Shown: positions 10,328 through 23,756 of the stretch, piece after piece
How the letters are laid out: every line of letters begins with the position of its first letter
How positions within the stretch are numbered: the first letter of the stretch is position 1
The notes under the pieces: model-generated
Database searches by the model: none
What the model was told of the DNA's origin: nothing
The model's input: only the letters and a program-made list of their open reading frames with translations
Program-made: the position numbers and the translations under genes
Assembly (NCBI RefSeq): GCF_001194135.2
Contig: NC_068981.1
Coordinates: 55,305,247 to 55,369,246 of the forward strand
From: Octopus bimaculoides
Lineage: Eukaryota
Reading direction: 5' to 3'
DNA length: 64,000 bases

Positions 10328-11356
10328 GACTCCATCAACTGCTGGGGGGGGGGGCAAGCTAGAGGTAGTAGGTAGCTTCTGTTATCTAGATCACCAAGTT
10401 AGTAGTGGAGGTTGATGCTCCAAGAGCGTAACTGTGAGAATAAGATTAGGCTGGGCAAAGTTTAGAAAGCTCCTACTCCTGCTAGCAACAAAAGACCTAT
10501 CTCTCAGGGTGAAAGGTAGATTGTATGATGCTTGTGTGTGAACAGCCATGCTACATGGCAGTGAAACAATGGGCTGTGACAGCCAAGGACATGCATAGAC
10601 TTGAAAGAAATGAAGCCAGTATGCTTTGCTGGATGTGCAGTGTCAGTGTGCATGTTTGACAGAGTGTAAGCATCTTGAGAGAAAGTTAAGCATAAGAGGC
10701 ATCAGATGTGGTGTGCAAGAGAGATGGCTATGCATATGGACAAAGACAGCTGTGTAAAGAAGTGTCAATCTCTAACTGTGGAAGGAACCTGTGGTAGAGG
10801 CAGACCCAAGAAGACATTAGACGAGGTAGTGAAGCATGATCTCCAAACTTTGAGCCTCACAGAGGCAATGACTAGTGACCAAGACCTCTGGCAATATGCT
10901 GTGCTTGAAAAGAGCTGTCAAACCAAGTGAATTTGTAGTTGTAACTGATGCTGGTGTCATGTAACTGGCATCTGTGCTAGTGGCATGTAAAGAGCCCTTT
11001 CGAGTGTCGGGCCTGAGAGCTGGGTTCCTTTCGAGTGTTGGACATCATGGAGGCAAAGTGGTTGAGTTCCTTTTAAGTGTTGGGAGGCAATGACCAAGAC
11101 CTTTGGAATTATATTGTACTTGAGAAGAAGACCCATCAAGCCATGCAAAATCACAGTTGTGGTAGATACCAGTGCCATGCTGGTGGCATGCAAAAGTATC
11201 CATTACACTCTCGGAGTGGTTGGCATTAGAAAGGGCATCCAGCCACAGAAACCATGTCAAATCAGATAGGAGTCTGATGCAGCCTTCCAGCTTGCCAGCC
11301 CTGGTCAAACCATCCAACCCATGCCAGCACGGACAACAGACGTTATATAATGATAA
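10328..11356 (+). mobile_element. Degenerate RTE LINE 3' fragment with 3' UTR
   Basis: Translates with stops and frameshifts to KLEVVGSFCYL...LSLRVKGRLYDACV*TAMLHGSET...GRGRPKKT, followed by the shared 3' UTR (ttagaaagggcatccagcc...caacccatgccagca). Confidence 0.8.
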
Positions 11357-11372
11357 TATGTATGTATATGCA

Positions 11373-11418
<46 letters not shown>

Positions 11419-14400
11419 CACATTGTGTGCGTGTGTGTAATAAATAAAATGGAGGAAATAGAAAGAGAACTGAAAAAAAAAGCTGACAATGCTTTTCAAT
11501 AAAATTAGAACCAGTAAAATAAATACTGGGATTCGTACAACTAAAAACACTTCAATATAACGGCTTAGCATGCTCACAGTTTAAATACTGATTTAGGAAA
11601 TAATTAAATTATTGTGTGTATGTGTGGGCAAGCATAGACAGACAGATAAGACCTTTGCTTCACAACTAGATGGTTGGAAGTCCAATCTTACAGCATGGGA
11701 CCTCAAATAAGTTTCTTGTACAGTTGCCTTGTGAGTGAAAGCTAGTAGGAAAAGTTAGGAAATTATGTGTGTGTGTGTCCATGTCCACATATGTACGTAA
11801 ATACATACATACACATGGACAGACACACATGCACAGATATGTATGCTTATGTTAACTGGGGTAACAAGTTACAACCTTTTATGCTTAAGCAGATACATTA
11901 ATGTAATGGTATTGGAGTCAATATTATCAACAAAAGCCCTTGGAAACAGAATCCCAGTACAACAGAACTGAAATTAATATAACCAGTAAAAGAGCATGCA
12001 CACACACACACGCACACACATGCACACAAGGAATGGAGACATGAGCTCTACAAAATGAAAAGTAGAATATTACTTCACCTGTTACTTATGTTTTTAATTA
12101 TGTCACAGCCTAAATTTTATTTTGATTTCAGAGATGTATCAAAACAAATTGCAAAGAAACATTAAGGAAGGGAAACAAAACAGTATTGGAGACTGTTGAC
12201 AGGTATGCTAGTGACCTCATAAATATTGAAATATATGAAATCTTGCATCTGTTTATAAGACGAGAAGGGGAGGGCAAGAACAGAAAAACAGGAAGGATGA
12301 AAGGTTAAAAAAGATATGGACTATGAGGGGCACCCAGAGTGACTGAACAACATAGAGAAAGAAGACAAAAGAGGAAACACCAAATCACATGCTGCTGGTG
12401 GGAGAGAAGATAGCTAAGAATAATGTAACTGACAGAATGAGAACAGATGCTGCTACAATTAGAAAAAGAGAAACAAAAATGCTGAAGTGCTAAATGAGAA
12501 AGATAAAAGTTGGGGAGCAATGAGCCATATACACTGTACATGGTGACCAATTAGAAAGTATAGTACATTTCATGTGACCAATACACAAAAGAAAACATTT
12601 CTTATGCATTTTTTTATTATTATTGCTGATGAGATAACGAATAATGAAATAATACAATACACATAAACCTTGGATGGACTAATAAAACAACCAAACTATA
12701 TAATACTGACAATGTAAAAGTGCAAGTCCTGAACATAAAGACTATGTTCTAAAGCTAAGATGCTCTGACTCTAAGCTTTAATATATACAGTCTAAAGACA
12801 TCTCTACCCAGCAAAATTGTATGTCATCTTAATTCTATCATCATATAGTTAGCAGCACCTTAAAATTAACTGCCATATAAATGATTAAAAAAATGTCCTA
12901 ATTAAAGTTTATCTTATAAAATACCATAAGTACATTTTAAAATAATTAATGCTTACAGCATTTGATGTAAACTTTCGTTATAAATAATAGAAGAGGACAA
13001 AATTTGTTGATGGCAACTACAACTGTCATCTTTCTGAGGAGCAATAAAACACATACCAATCAAATACTAGTATCTAATTAATTGATAATACTCGTCTCTA
13101 AAATGTGTGGCCTTGTGACAGTGATAGAAACATTTTATTAATAAGTATTCTCTGAAATAACTCATTTCATATAACCTTTCTATACAGAGTCAAAGATTTT
13201 TTGATGAATCACTGTTACATTACACTGTTCGGTGAAATTACTATGATGAAATAAAATCAAGTCGGCTTCAACCACTAGGTAGACTTTTACAAAGGCATTT
13301 TTACTTAACTGGGGCCACTTAAATGTTCTACTTGTGATTCAAAGGTATCAAGTTAATATTCATTGTAATTAATACAATCTATGAAGTTCAGACTGAATGA
13401 AGCTTTTTTTTTTTTTCTTCTTTTTATTTCTGAGAAGCCAAAAGGCAGAAATATATCCCAAAATACAGTGGAAGCTGACCAGATTCTAAATTATTGCTGT
13501 AACAAATATCTGAAGATCTTCTGATAAACAAGATAGGTTTTGATATTTTAAATGGAATGGTCTAATGCATCCAATAAAGGCTAAGACAGTGGCACACCCA
13601 TCAAATATAGAGGATGTAATAGAGATTATAATGAACAGCAAATGACAAGAATGAAAGGAAAAATTTTAATGGAAGTATATTTGATTCACGCGAGAAGTAG
13701 ATACTTTAGGAAAACCACAAAAGGAAGCTGAAGATTGCAAACTTCCTTTTTGTGACAATTACTTCTGCAGATAAAAAGAAAGAAATCAAAAAACACCTTC
13801 CCAGATAAATGATCTTGGGTGTAAAAAAGAGATTTCTGTCATTATCTATCAAAAGAACAGGAAGCATACGTCTAAATAAACAGCCAGTATAAATAGACAA
13901 GATTACTGAAGCAAGTAAATTTTCTTGCCAGAATCTGGTAAAATATCAAGAACAAATCTTAAAAAATCAAACTCAAATGGTTTTGAAGCATCTCTAGACA
14001 GCTCCAGTGAGGCAGAGTCTTTCAGTGATGTGGTGATATAAGTTAAATTAAAGAAACTTCCATAGATAGAACTAAGCAATAACTAGCATTAACTGAGATC
14101 TCAAGTAAAGGTTATCATTTAACATGTACTGTAAGTAATAAATGATATCATAAACCTACACTATCTTCATACAGTTTAGACAAAAATCTACACCAATCCC
14201 TATTACAATGTTATCAGACATGTACTTGATAAGAAAAGAGTACTATAATTCAAAACAGCCAATTCAAAATATGTGGTTGATAAATACTTAAGTGTCAAGA
14301 AAGATTAAAATGAAAGTATTCTAAAAGATTTTTGCAAAACAAACTAAAAATGATATGCCGTACCTAAAGCAAAAGAATTTGCATTGTATGCTAAAATATT

Positions 14401-14829
14401 TGGGGGATTAAAATAATCTTATTCCATGTGCCAAAGCACACAGGCAAAAATCTGCCAGCTCTTTCAAATGTTATGCGTCTATCAGATTATATCACTATTC
14501 CAAACTCATCATAGCTGGTATTTAAAAAGTTATTCTGCTATAACCATAACCCCAAGTAGAGATAGACAATGAGATAATGGCTAGAGAACCAAAATTCAAA
14601 GACAAATTTGCTAATATGCCAATATTGTACAAGATCTCTGACTATCATTTAGAAACTTCAGTTTTCTTATATCATGCAGCAGCATCAATGGCTAACAGAT
14701 TTTTCTTTTTCTTTTTAAGATAAATTTTCTCAGCATGTACCTTCATTTTCTAATTTAAAACTTCTGAATATACGCATGTACATGCCTGTGCACAAGAACA
14801 TCATCTACTTTTTTAGTGTCAGCATTTTG

Positions 14830-15450
14830 AGATCAAACATCTGTCTTTCTCAGTCTTTTTCTTCCACTTGGATCACTTAACACCTTCATAACCCAACAAC
14901 CACCCTCTACATGTCCATACCAATGCAGTCTTCTCTCTTGTACACTACAACGAATTTCCCTTACACCCAAATTTTCTCTGAATTCAATTGTGCTCTATTA
15001 TATATTCAAACTAACATTACACACCCAGTGGAACATATTCACCTCATTTCTTTACAAACAGTGTTTCACTACCATGAAATATGCTTCACATACAAGCATC
15101 ATATAATGTACTTCACTTGGAGAATGAATCTCCTTGTTGCCAACAGAAATAACAGTTCCCATAACTTTCTTTATTCTGGGATCACCTAGGTAACAGAAGC
15201 AGTCCTTTTCTCAGGAAATTTAAAGGCATTTCAAGAAAGTTAGATGGTCTAACTGCTAACAACTCCCAAACATTAGCTATATATAAAGTTATCCTGTCAA
15301 CCTGTTCTTGATTCCACTAAGTTTTTGGTACTCCAATAGTTTATACTGGGTACACCACATGGAATGGTTACATATTCCTTCTCTGCATGTCAAGCATGGC
15401 AACTTCCCAAATGGTAGAAGAATCCTGTTTTTCTTTCCTACTAACTACAA
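14830..15450 (-). mobile_element. Highly degenerate RTE LINE fragment
   Basis: Patchy reverse-complement similarity to the RTE copies at 10328-10930 and 21090-22042. Confidence 0.45.
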
Positions 15451-17105
15451 TATTTACTTTTGCTAGATTTAATTTGAGGACTATTTTTTATTCTAAGACT
15501 GCTTTCATATTTGGAATTTCTTCTCTATTTCTTCGACAGGTTCAGCTATGAGAAATAGGTCATTAGCATAGAGACATTCCAAAGACAAATAGTCTTAAAC
15601 TCTCTTTTTTTTACCTGGAAAACTATAACAAACAGGTAAGGCTGTGAAGCTAACCCTGATGGACATCTACTTGCACACTAAATTCTTTGCTAAATTCATT
15701 GCTAACCATCACATAGCTCTTACAAGCCTTTCAGATATATTTAGCTTTCTTGTCAACCACTAGACTAGAGTTTGGTGTCCTCAGAGGCCTTCTTTATATA
15801 TATACTTAAGTACAGTGGCTTCTGCTTAACTAAGAACTTCCAAGTTATCTCACTAAGAAGAGTGTATCCAGAGAATCACAACCTAACACAAACCTAAACT
15901 GCAGATCTTTAAGTTGATTTCTTTCCTAATTAGTTATGCATATAACTCTTTCTGTTACATTCATAACATGATTCACCAGTTTCATGCCATTAAATGAAGA
16001 GCATCTCCTTTGCATTTATAACAGTTCACCAATCTGCCAGTCATAGAGGTATGACACTGCTCTATATTGGTTTCAAATTTAAGCACAAGGCCAGCAATTT
16101 TAGGGGAGGGGTAAATCAATTACATCAATCCCAGTGCTCAGCTGGTACTTATCTTATCAACCAAGAAAAGCAAGGTTGACCATGGTGGAATCTGAACTCA
16201 GAACGTAATGATGGATGAAATGCCACTAAGTATTTTTCCCTAAAAGAAAAGGGAATTTGATGGTGAGTGAGTTGTTTAATGTCAGTTTTCTTTATCTGAG
16301 AAGAAAAGCAACAATGTGCTCATTTGATGACAGTCGAAGGGTTCTTGCACATAACTGGAGGTTCACACTTAGCTAACATGTGACTATTGTGATTTTGATA
16401 TTACACTTCCTATTCCCAACTACTTTGCAACATTAATTGGGTGCATTTTATCATGTCTCTAGTACTAGACAAACTATTTGACATGACTTGAAGACATCCC
16501 TCTACACAAACAGTTTTAATTTAGAGTTTCTGTTGGACATGTTTCATTGCTCACCTTCAATAGATTTTTTTAAACAAGTGCAACTCTTGTTTAAGACATG
16601 TATGATTAAAAATACAGCTGTAATATTTCCGAACACCAAGTAACTGCATTTTCTAAATATATGTAACACTACATTTTAGCAGAAGAATATAAGTCACAAG
16701 TGATGCATAAGGGCATTGTTGTTGCAAAGCCTCAACTGTTGTTTGTATATTAGGTATTGAGTTTGTTCTTTGTGTAACTATAGTTCTAAATGTATTCCTA
16801 TGATTATCATCAAAATTACAAGCAATAACCATAGAATAGTATTCAATGGCTTCAATACAACATACCTCAAAAAATAGCTGCTTCCCACTTATAAAAATAT
16901 CAAAGCAATGCCCAGTTGTTTTGTTTTGTTCTTTTTGCATGTGTGTGTGTGCACGTGCGCATGCACACACACACACACACACACACACACAACTAATAAA
17001 CTTAGACACAAATGGAAATTATAAGAGTAGAAAGCCAAGAAAAAACAGCCAGCACTCTGAGGAATGAGAGAGGCTTTCAGAGATTATAATAAAATTTTGT
17101 CTTAC

Positions 17106-17259
17106 TTGTTCCTTATTCCGAGTCATATGATTGGACTGAAGTCTTCGCAGAAGTGGAACACCATTCCTAGATTGACGTTTTAAAGTCCAATAACTTAAGA
17201 GTCGTGCCAAAAACTGCTGCTTCTTTTGTAAAGTAATTATGCCAGAAATTTTGGTTATT
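17106..17259 (-). CDS. BRPF1: Peregrin/BRPF1 exon (EPC-II region)
   Basis: Acceptor ttttttatttaatttag|A completes the phase-2 codon. Reads ITKISGIITLQKKQQFLARLLSYWTLKRQSRNGVPLLRRLQSNHMTRNKEQ, which includes the conserved YWTLKRQSRNGVPLLRRLQ motif. Donor CAA|GTAAGA; 154 nt. Confidence 0.95.
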
Positions 17260-17606
17260 CTAAATTAAATAAAAAATAAACAAAAAAAAATTAAAATTGA
17301 TTAAATCGCCAACCTGAGAGTAAAGAAACTGTTAATAGTTTAAGAAAAATAGAAAAGAAAATTTTTTTAATTGAAATGTCTCTATGGAAGAAGGATTAAA
17401 ACTTCAGTATATTGAAATAAAACACATTTGAAAGTGTAACCAACTGGATAAATGTAGATGCTTCCTATATCTAAAAATACAACATATATTCATATACACA
17501 ATAAAATGCCCATATAAACACAGAGTTTCTGAAAAATAGTTTTAAGAGACAATTCATGTACTAGGTATTCTTTATTTCATGCTATATTATATTATATTAT
17601 TATTAA

Positions 17607-17812
17607 GGTGGTGAGCTAGCAGAATTGTTAGCACATCAGGCAAAATGCTAAGCAGCATTTCGTCTGTCTTTATGTTCTGAGTTCAAATTCCACCAAGGTC
17701 AACTTTCATCCCTCAGGGTCGATAAATTAAGCACCAGTGGAACATTGGAGTCGATGTAATTGACTAGTCACCTCCCACCAAATTTCAGGCCTTATATCTT
17801 TAGTAGAAAGGA
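17607..17812 (+). mobile_element. tRNA-derived SINE (family A)
   Basis: ggtggtgagctagcagaattgttagcac...gagttcaaattcc...tagtagaaaggattatt. Confidence 0.8.
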
Positions 17813-17820
17813 TTATTATT

Positions 17821-18290
17821 ATTCAGTAGTTTATTTTTATCACATGCTTTCACTGCACTACCGAGCGCAGCTCTGCATGCCTTGGGTATGTGCTATGGTT
17901 TGTCTTAGTGCTGTTATTTTCATTGTATTGAAAGTGCTTTATGTAGGAGGTGTGCAGTGCCTAATAGTGCTATTTTATGTATGTTATATATAGCCGTAAG
18001 TCCTGGTGTTTTGTTATGTATTTGCCTGAAGGTTTTTTTAATCATACCTAATGCATCTATTGTTAAAGGGATTGTTTCTTTTTTTTCAGCTCCACATTAA
18101 GGTTATCTCTATTTCCAGATCTTTCTATTTTACGAGTTTCTGTTTCTTTTAGAGACACATTGTCATCTGTTGAAATTGATACATTGATTAGAAGGCATTT
18201 TATTTTTATCTCTGACAACTATATTCAGTCTATTAGTCTTGATTTCTCTGTGTGTGTTGGCATATCCCAGAGTATGGTTGCTTTGTCATT
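17821..18290 (-). mobile_element. Dong/R4-clade LINE fragment (restriction-like endonuclease domain and 3' UTR)
   Basis: Minus strand reads with frameshifts NDKATILWDMPTH..EIKTNRLNIVVRDK..LLINVSISTDDNVSLKE..KDLEIEITLMW..IHKIALLGTAHLLHKALSIQ*, resembling the PD..D RLE domain. The tail joins an (ATT)n run. Confidence 0.8.
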
Positions 18291-18302
18291 TATCATTATT
18301 AA

Positions 18303-18497
18303 GGTGGCAAGCTGGCAGAACCATTAACACACCAGGGAAAACGCTTAGCAGCATTTCATCCATCTTTACATCTGAGTTCAAATTTCACCAAATTCCACCT
18401 TTCAGGGTCAATTAAATAAGTACCAATTACACACTGGGGTCGATGTGACTTACCCACTCCCCTCAAATTTCAAGCCTTGTGCCTATAGTAGAAAGGA
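18303..18497 (+). mobile_element. tRNA-derived SINE (family A)
   Basis: ggtggcaagctggcagaacc...gagttcaaattt...tagtagaaaggat, followed by (ATC)n and a short reversed RTE tail (gtttaacgt). Confidence 0.78.
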
Positions 18498-18672
18498 TCA
18501 TCATCATCATCATCATCATCGTTTAACGTTATTATAATTGGTTTGCTGAGCAAATCAAAACTGCTATATAAACTCACAAGAAAAGGGGAATTCTACAAAC
18601 AAAAGGATAAAAGGTTTAAATATTTACACTTTTAAAACAAGAAATTTCTTTAAGAGAGAGAGAGAGAGAGAG

Positions 18673-18710
<38 letters not shown>

Positions 18711-21089
18711 CGTGCATGCGTCTGACATACATCAGCATGTGTGTGACGAAGCAGTGTGACTGTCTGCCCACCTGCATCTGTGTTTTTGTTTATGTGTATG
18801 CCTACAGTTTGAAATGGGCTGATAACCAAGTTATAGAGACAGAAGTATTGCTGATTATGACATGACTTAACAGTTACTTGCAACCGAGGTAGCAAAGGGC
18901 ATCAAACATTAAACAGTTGGTCACTAATGATCAGTTTAGTAAACAAGTGATTCAGAATGATGTTAGTAAATCTCTCCACAAGACATGTAAATTTAATTTT
19001 AAAAAACCTGAAAAAACAAGAATTAGATATATTTCACAACATTACTTGCAAGAATTTAGATAAAAAATAAAGTTTATTTTTGTACAGCTAAAGAGGGCAC
19101 ACAGATAATAAAAAAAAAAATAAAAGAAACTTAAATTTAGTTTAAGGAGATAAGGCATAAAACTAAGATTTTAGCTATTTTGGCTCCCTATTTATTTACA
19201 TAGACCTCCATCAAATATAGAGTAATTATAGAAAATTGCCTTTATTTTTTATCAGATTGTGTATTTTAAAAAACATCATTAATAATAATGGCTGAGGGTA
19301 ATTTCTTAAATAAAATTGTACTTGTTAAAATAGTTAGAATATATGAAAATTAGGTTTCTATAATTTGAGTTCTGTTTTATTTCCAGTACCTTGCAATAAC
19401 TTAGAAACCTACTAACAGTTAAAAAATTAATATCACTGATATTATCTTCCATATATAAGTTTTCAACCAATAAGTTATGTTAAGAAAAGACTTTTCATAG
19501 CATCAAGACTGGTGCCACTTGGCTGAGGATGAATTTAATTGATTAATGGCAATAAACCAAGATAATGAGTTGTATTTTATCAGATTGATTAATGCTATTT
19601 TCAGTGACTGAAAGGGATTTATTGCAACACAGTAGAACTGATTTTCACAACCTTTCTAAAGTTCTCTTTACTTCACATTTTTCTAGAACTTTTAATGCCA
19701 AAACTATTTTCCATGAATACCAAACTATAATAACAAGATTTTAAAAGTTTTCTTAAATTAACAAAGCAAGTTTAGAAGGGTCTTTGACCAAAATAAAACT
19801 GTCTACAAATTATTAATTATACAAAGAAATATCTTGCAACTGGAATTGATCTGTACAAAGAATGAAACCCATATTAATAAAAATAACATTTAGAAATGTT
19901 ACAATACTCTAAAGATAGTAATTTCTATTACCATTACAGCTACATAAACTTTCTTTAACCTCTTCTCAGAACTTGTTTTTGTCACATAAATTATAGTTAT
20001 TGCCAGAAATAGCTACCACTAAAAAGTTTTAACTTAATAAATACATCATCATCATCATCTAACATTCATTTTCCATGTGGATGGGTTGGATAGATGGCAT
20101 TTGAGCTCCAAAGTCTGATTTAGCATGGTTTCCATGGCTGGATGACCTTCCTAATGCCAACCACTTTACGGAGTGTATTAGGTGCTTTCTTCATGACACT
20201 AGCACTAATGAGGTCACTAGTCAAAGAAAAGACCCTTGACTGAGTCTGGTTGTAGTGAAGAGGTACAGGTGACTTTATATCAAATATTGAGAAGTTAAAG
20301 TATGACAAGAGTAACAGGCAGAGATATCTTACTATAGAGGAGATACATGGCTTCCCCACCACATTATAGAAGAGCAGGAGTAGCTGGGATGGAAGTGATA
20401 AAGTGTCAAAACATGCTCTCAAGATACTAGAAGGGAAGTATTAAAGAGAATACAGAAAAAGAGTCTGGAAGGATTAGTAAGTTCAATAAGAGTACGAGGA
20501 GAGATAAGTGGTTATAGATGAGGTCTAAGGTGAATGTAGTGGAGTAAGAGCAGCAGTGTGGTTGGAGGTAAATATCATACGGCGGAGGGGAGGGTAAATG
20601 AATAAGAGTGGTTCAGGCAGTGGAAGTGACAGTGGAAAAAGGGGGAGGAGACCAACAGAATATAATAAACCACTAGGTAGATTAGAAAATATGGGGATAG
20701 GTGAGTGGGTGGGCAAGAGAGAAATGTACAGTGAAGGAGAGGGATGTCAGATGTCACAGGGGTGGGGAGAAACAAGGGTGGGAGGAGGATGTCAATAGTA
20801 GATAAGAGAGGGTGTCAAAGATAAAGTAATGGCAGTCCTAAGAGGGAAGATTTTAAAACAAAGTAGTTCCAGGAAGAGGAGGGCATAACTGACAACATAA
20901 AAGGAGAATGAAATATATGCATTTCTGCTCCCATATGATTATAGCAGCTGAATAATGCTGTAGCTATAACTGTGAAGGGATGGGTGCCAGGAAAATGAGC
21001 TGGGAAGGGGAGGGTGATAAGGACATACTGGGTGCAGGAGCAGGGCCCAGTGAGTAGATATAAACATAATGCTTTTAGGACCTCACTTT

Positions 21090-22042
21090 TGTCAAGATGG
21101 ATGGGTCTTTTCAAACAGTCATCTCAGTCTTTTGCATCTCCTCAGTGAGGTTCAACATCATGAGATCAGTTTTGACTACTATATCCCATTTCTTATGGGG
21201 TTTCCCTCTTCCACAAGCTCCACCCATATTTAGCAATCAGCACTTCTTTATACAGCTGTTCTTATCCTTACACATCACATGACCAAACCAATGCAGTTCA
21301 CTCATGCATGCTACATTTGATTCCTCTTACACCCAATTTTTCTCTTAACACATTTTTGTTTTGTTGTGGATGCACATCGATGCTGTACATCCAGCAGAAC
21401 ATGCTGGTTTCATTCCTTTCAACTCTTTGTATGTCCTCTGTATTCAGAGACCACATCTCCCTACCATGTAGCACTGATATTCATACACAAGTATCATACA
21501 GGCTGCTCTTCACTCTGTGAGAAAGACTATTTGTTACTAATGAAGTAATAACTCACTGAACTTTTTCAATCATGTTATTTTAATAACTATGCATTCAGAA
21601 CATCCTCCTCCACTGCTAATTAGGTCACTTAAATAACAGAAACAACCTACTACCTGTAGGGAGCCTCTTGGACATTTGAGAAAATTTATTTCTCGTTCTT
21701 TGTGTTTATTGCACCTGTGCTTCTGCTGCATACAAAATCTACTTTCTCTGTTAACCAACCAGTGATTCCACTGCACTTCTTGTGTATCTATAGCTGGCAT
21801 TGAGTATACCCTATGGAATTTCTACCAACACTTTTCCTACATATTGAGCCATTTTCCTAATTTGCTCTTTATTAAGTTAACTTTAAGGCCTTTTGATTCC
21901 AGGCTTTCCTTTCATACCTAGAATTTATTTTCTAATTCTACTATAGTTTCAGCCTTAAGAACAAGGACATCAACATGTAGCTGTTCCCAAAGGAAACCAG
22001 TCTTAAATTCTAGTGTTATGGCCTGGAAGACTATGATAAAAA
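21090..22042 (-). mobile_element. Degenerate RTE LINE fragment
   Basis: Minus strand begins FIIVFQAITLEFKTGFLWEQLHVDVLV, a degenerate form of the frame at 2041, and continues to LQVVGCFCYLSDLISSGGGCSECI. Confidence 0.75.
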
Positions 22043-23060
22043 CAAGAGGACTGAGAATCAAAACCTAGTGAGCTATACTTCTACACTAAATTCGTTACTA
22101 CATTGTTGCTAACTTGCACCTTACAGCTAGTACTCCTATATATTGCTTTTATGGCTTTTATGAGCTACTTGTTCATCTGTTCTTAGCTTCCTCAGGGACT
22201 ACCAGATCACAAAGCAAGGGACCCTATCAAAGGATTTTCAAGGCTGACAAATGCAAAATACGATTTACATTTAGAAAAATGTTCCTGAAGCCGTCTTACA
22301 AGACAGCATCAGTAGTACTTCTCTATGGAACAAAACCAAACTTTTACAAAGAATTTAATACAGTAATTATAATAAACCTGACCAAATTCTTCTTTTCTAA
22401 AATTCTTTGCTTATAACTAGGGGTGCACATTATACACGTGTGCACATTATACAAACAAACATAGTAATTCATGGTAACTAACTGGAGACAACTAATAAGA
22501 GAAAATATAGGAATAAATTATTTCAAGAAATGACGAGTTTACTTCCCACACATTTCTTACGTAAGTACTTTAAGTTAATTAAAAGATTTCACTCAGGAAG
22601 AGGAAAGAGGAAGTCAAGCCTTCAAGAGTATAGTTATTAGTACAAGATATATGATATCCAGAACAGTCAGATAATAAATGATATCAAGGAAATTTACCAA
22701 TTCACATTTACATTTCAGTTAATTGCCAAAAGAAAACAAAATAGTTGGAACATTTGTAGAAAATAATGTTATAGTTAACTCAGACTTTAAATTCCTATAA
22801 CTTTAATTCACTAAAAAATTTAATTCTTCTTTTTTAATACATACATATAAGAAAAAAATTCAGATCTTAGGATATTTTGATATAGATGGCAAATTGTGCA
22901 AGATATATTAAGAACACATCACATTAGTTCTTTGACAATGCTGGTGATAGAAATATCTAATACTGCTGATAAATCAATGAGGATTTTCATAAATGCCATT
23001 GGGGCAAAAATAGTAACATTGTTAATGAGCATGACAGGTGAAGTAGCCAGTCACAACTAA

Positions 23061-23091
<31 letters not shown>

Positions 23092-23318
23092 CTACACACA
23101 CGCATGCACACACACACACAGTTATTAGGCTTTGAAGATCATAAGATATTCTATGGAAAGTAAAAATGCAAAATAAGTCTTAGCACCTGAAGAGTTTATT
23201 AAACCATTACAAACTTAAATTTCAAAACAATGCACCTAAAATTCACAAAATATGATCTTTTTATATATATTCCCTTTTGAAACTTACAACTAATAGCTTA
23301 TAACCCAATATTAACATT

Positions 23319-23756
23319 ATCATCATCATTGCTTTAACATCCACTTTACCATGCTTGCATGAATCAGAGTCCATTGAGGTAGGTTTTCTATAGCAAATGC
23401 CCATTGTCACATTTTTCTAAGCAAGATAGTATTTCCCCATGGCCAGATATATTTGCACAGAAGATTGGAAACAAATGACAATGTTTGTATGACACTAATT
23501 TTCAACTGTTTTTTTGGTGTCAAGACAAGGAGACAGAAACACACATGCCTGCGCATGCACACACCCATACACCCACACATACACGTGTGTGCACACACAC
23601 ACACACACAATGGGCTTCTTTTAGTTTCCATCTACCAAATCCACTCATATGGCTTTCTCAGTCCAGCATTATAGCAGAAGACACTTGATCAAGGTGCCAT
23701 TAAGTAGGACTGAACTCAAAACCATGTGGTTGAAAAGCAAACTACTCAACCACACA
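23319..23756 (-). mobile_element. tRNA-head SINE with RTE-derived 3' tail (family C)
   Basis: Minus strand has head tgtgtggttgagtagtttgct...ggttttgagttcagtcc, a central microsatellite, and tail catgcaagcatggtaaagtggatgttaaagcaatgatgatg. Similar copies at 40284-40693 (-) and 62290-62706 (+). Confidence 0.65.
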
